Below are positions 35,409 to 37,196 of a stretch of 37,196 nt of DNA, piece by piece. Each line of letters starts with the position of its first letter. Position 1 is the stretch's first letter. The notes beneath the pieces are model-generated. The model was not told the DNA's origin, did no database searches, and saw nothing but the letters and a program-made list of their open reading frames with translations. The DNA is from a phage: sequence record PZ445539.1. One strand, given 5' to 3'. Both the position numbers and the translations under genes were made by a program.

Positions 35409-35980
35409 AGTTTGTTGTGGTTGGCCATCACTCTCGCATAGGTCATGCGCAACGACTTGCCGCGCTGCTGGATGCTCATCTGCTTATTGATGACGGTGAC
35501 CACGGCGCGAACTGGAATCATCGCCGCGCGCTGGAGTGGGCTGCATGCCAACCCTGCAGGGTAGTGGTGTTGGAAGACGACGCGCTTCCTGTGCAGGGCT
35601 TCACCGATAAGGTAACTGAATGGCTGGTGCGCTTCCCTGAAGAGATGCTGAGCTTTTACCTCGGTACCGGCCGACCGCCGCAGTATCAGAAAGAGATTGC
35701 CGGAATGCTGGTTGAATCAGACAGAGTAAACGCTGATTACCTTGTTCTTAGCAAACTGATTCACGGCGTATGTTACAGCCCTCCTCAGGGCAGGCTGGCG
35801 CGCATGCTTAACGCATGGAATAAAACGCTGGCAGCTGATTACGCCGTTGGTGAGGCATTCGGTGGCCGGGTTATTTATCCGTGTTACTCGCTGGTGGATC
35901 ACGCTGACCTCCCGACGGTTGAGCGTCACCCTGACAACGAGCCGAGGACGGAACGCCGCCGCGCATGGAGACTGGCATGA
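35390..35980 (+). CDS. hypothetical protein, possibly GT-A-like transferase
   Basis: 196 aa; strong AGGAGG ribosome-binding site; FVVVGH...VVVLEDDA pattern reminiscent of a GT-A DxD core; weak call. Confidence 0.4.
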   Translation: MVETQVKFVVVGHHSRIGHAQRLAALLDAHLLIDDGDHGANWNHRRALEWAACQPCRVVVLEDDALPVQGFTDKVTEWLVRFPEEMLSFYLGTGRPPQYQKEIAGMLVESDRVNADYLVLSKLIHGVCYSPPQGRLARMLNAWNKTLAADYAVGEAFGGRVIYPCYSLVDHADLPTVERHPDNEPRTERRRAWRLA

Positions 35981-36318
35981 ACAAAGAGCCCCGCGTATAT
36001 GGCAGCCGATGGGATAAGGCCCGTCTGCGTTTCCTGCAGCAGCACCCACTATGTGTGATGTGCGAGCAGCAGGGGCGCATTACCCCAGCAACGGTGGTTG
36101 ACCATATTGAGCCCCACAAACTCAAAGATGCGCTTAAGTCAGGTAACGCGCTGGCCATATCGAAAGCACAGCTCCTGTTCTGGAGTAAAGAGAACTGGCA
36201 GCCACTGTGCAAAGCGCATCACGACTCAACGAAACAGAGAATGGAGAAGAGCGGCGCGGTAATAGGCTGTGATGCCAACGGCTACCCGCTCGATCCTGCG
36301 TCTCACTGGAGCACGTAA
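35977..36318 (+). CDS. HNH endonuclease (packaging-associated, HK97 gp74-like position)
   Basis: CxxC...DHIEPH...N...CKAHHD HNH motifs; immediately upstream of terS region. Confidence 0.85.
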   Translation: MNKEPRVYGSRWDKARLRFLQQHPLCVMCEQQGRITPATVVDHIEPHKLKDALKSGNALAISKAQLLFWSKENWQPLCKAHHDSTKQRMEKSGAVIGCDANGYPLDPASHWST

Positions 36319-36554
36319 TGAAAGACCTCATCATTGAATACCGCGACGGTAAGTTTGTTCAGCTGGCGATTGATGGCGTGGAGATGAAGCACGTAACGTC
36401 TATCCAGTTCTCCCACACCGTAGGCGAGAACGTACCGACACTGACCGTCTCAGGGCATGTGTGGTCCGAGTACGGGAAAGGCGATCAGAAACTCGAGCAG
36501 GTTGATAAACAGACGTCCTGGAATGATGAAGTGAAGCGGATAATGAATGAGTGA
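36318..36554 (+). CDS. hypothetical protein
   Basis: 78-aa ORF coupled to the HNH stop. Confidence 0.4.
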   Translation: MKDLIIEYRDGKFVQLAIDGVEMKHVTSIQFSHTVGENVPTLTVSGHVWSEYGKGDQKLEQVDKQTSWNDEVKRIMNE

Positions 36555-36704
36555 AATCATTTCAAATGCAATGAAATCAAATGAGAACGAATCGCATCAG
36601 GGCAGGGGGGGGGATCAAATCTTCAAAACCTTTGCCCCAAATGACCGCCGCCAAAGTTTGATTTTAACGCTAACCCGATTTTTTTAGTTTTAAGGTGTTG
36701 ACAT

Positions 36705-37190
36705 ATGGCAGATAAACGAACCCGTTCCGACAGTTCGGCGGCAGCGGTTCAGGCCATGAAAAATGCAGCAGTGGACACCATCGATCCTCCGTCCCATGCA
36801 GGTTTGGAAAAAAAAGCCGAACCATTCTGGCATGACAATATCAGATCGAAAGCTCTGGACAGCTGGACGCCAGCCGACCTTCTGGCCGCCGTAGAACTGG
36901 CAAATAATCAGCTCTATATCACCGTTTTACGCAGAGATTTGCGTAAAGAAGAACGTGCACGCGGTGAAGCGAGAAATGAGGCGCTGATTAAAAACCTCCG
37001 CAAACAAATTCCTGATTTGCAGAGAACTATCCTGGCTCAGCGCCGCGACCTACAGATCCATTCCCACGCAACCAACGGCGAAAGCCGCGACCAGAAGAAA
37101 CGCAACCAGAATGATCGTGATGCACGAAATACCAAAACCGAGCATCAGGACCAGGACGACAACCTGATCGCCTTTCCCAAGCACGGATAA
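36705..37190 (+). CDS. terminase small subunit
   Basis: 161-aa ORF with basic coiled C-terminal half; preceded by HNH gene; TerL lies at the other window edge. Confidence 0.75.
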   Translation: MADKRTRSDSSAAAVQAMKNAAVDTIDPPSHAGLEKKAEPFWHDNIRSKALDSWTPADLLAAVELANNQLYITVLRRDLRKEERARGEARNEALIKNLRKQIPDLQRTILAQRRDLQIHSHATNGESRDQKKRNQNDRDARNTKTEHQDQDDNLIAFPKHG

Positions 37191-37196
37191 AAGACT

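Larger units (their letters stand above)
1..37196. mobile_element. temperate tailed-phage genome (HK97-like head, lambda-like tail and control modules), apparently circularly permuted
   Basis: Continuous phage gene order covering packaging, head, tail, integration, immunity, replication, antitermination and lysis; no recognisable host housekeeping genes. Confidence 0.85.

Noticed and set aside
1-37196. Host chromosomal flanks, rRNA or CRISPR arrays
   Set aside because: No sequence resembling host housekeeping genes, rRNA or repeat-spacer arrays was seen; the whole window is phage-like

Overview
The window reads as one near-complete temperate siphovirus genome of about 37 kb with an HK97-type head module and lambda-like tail and control modules; no host genes are evident. 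Gene order on the + strand is: terminase large subunit, portal, prohead protease, major capsid protein, connector and tail-completion genes, major tail protein, tail assembly chaperones G/GT (with a visible GGGAAAG -1 frameshift site), tape measure, lambda M/L/K-like genes, a two-lipoprotein moron, I-like, J-like, two unknown genes, and a side tail fibre. A minus-strand block follows: DinI-like gene with two LexA boxes, attP containing a 3' fragment of ssrA (tmRNA), integrase, excisionase, a leftward early operon, and a CI-like repressor. The + strand then resumes with cro, a replication initiator and primase-helicase, a Q-like zinc-finger protein, a late promoter and terminator, a TerB-like protein, the lysis cassette (two holin-like proteins, GH19 endolysin, overlapping spanins), a glycosyltransferase-like gene pair, HNH endonuclease and terminase small subunit. 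Because terS sits at the window's 3' end and terL at its 5' end with attP internal, this looks like a circularly permuted phage or episomal genome rather than an integrated prophage with host flanks. The best candidates for undescribed biology are the glycosyltransferase-like pair beside the packaging genes, the HTH plus stand-alone S24 peptidase pair heading the leftward early operon, the lipoprotein morons in the tail operon, and the TerB-like first late gene that shares a 5' leader element with the glycosyltransferase gene. All functional calls are from reading motifs and gene order and from memory of protein families; no database search was run.
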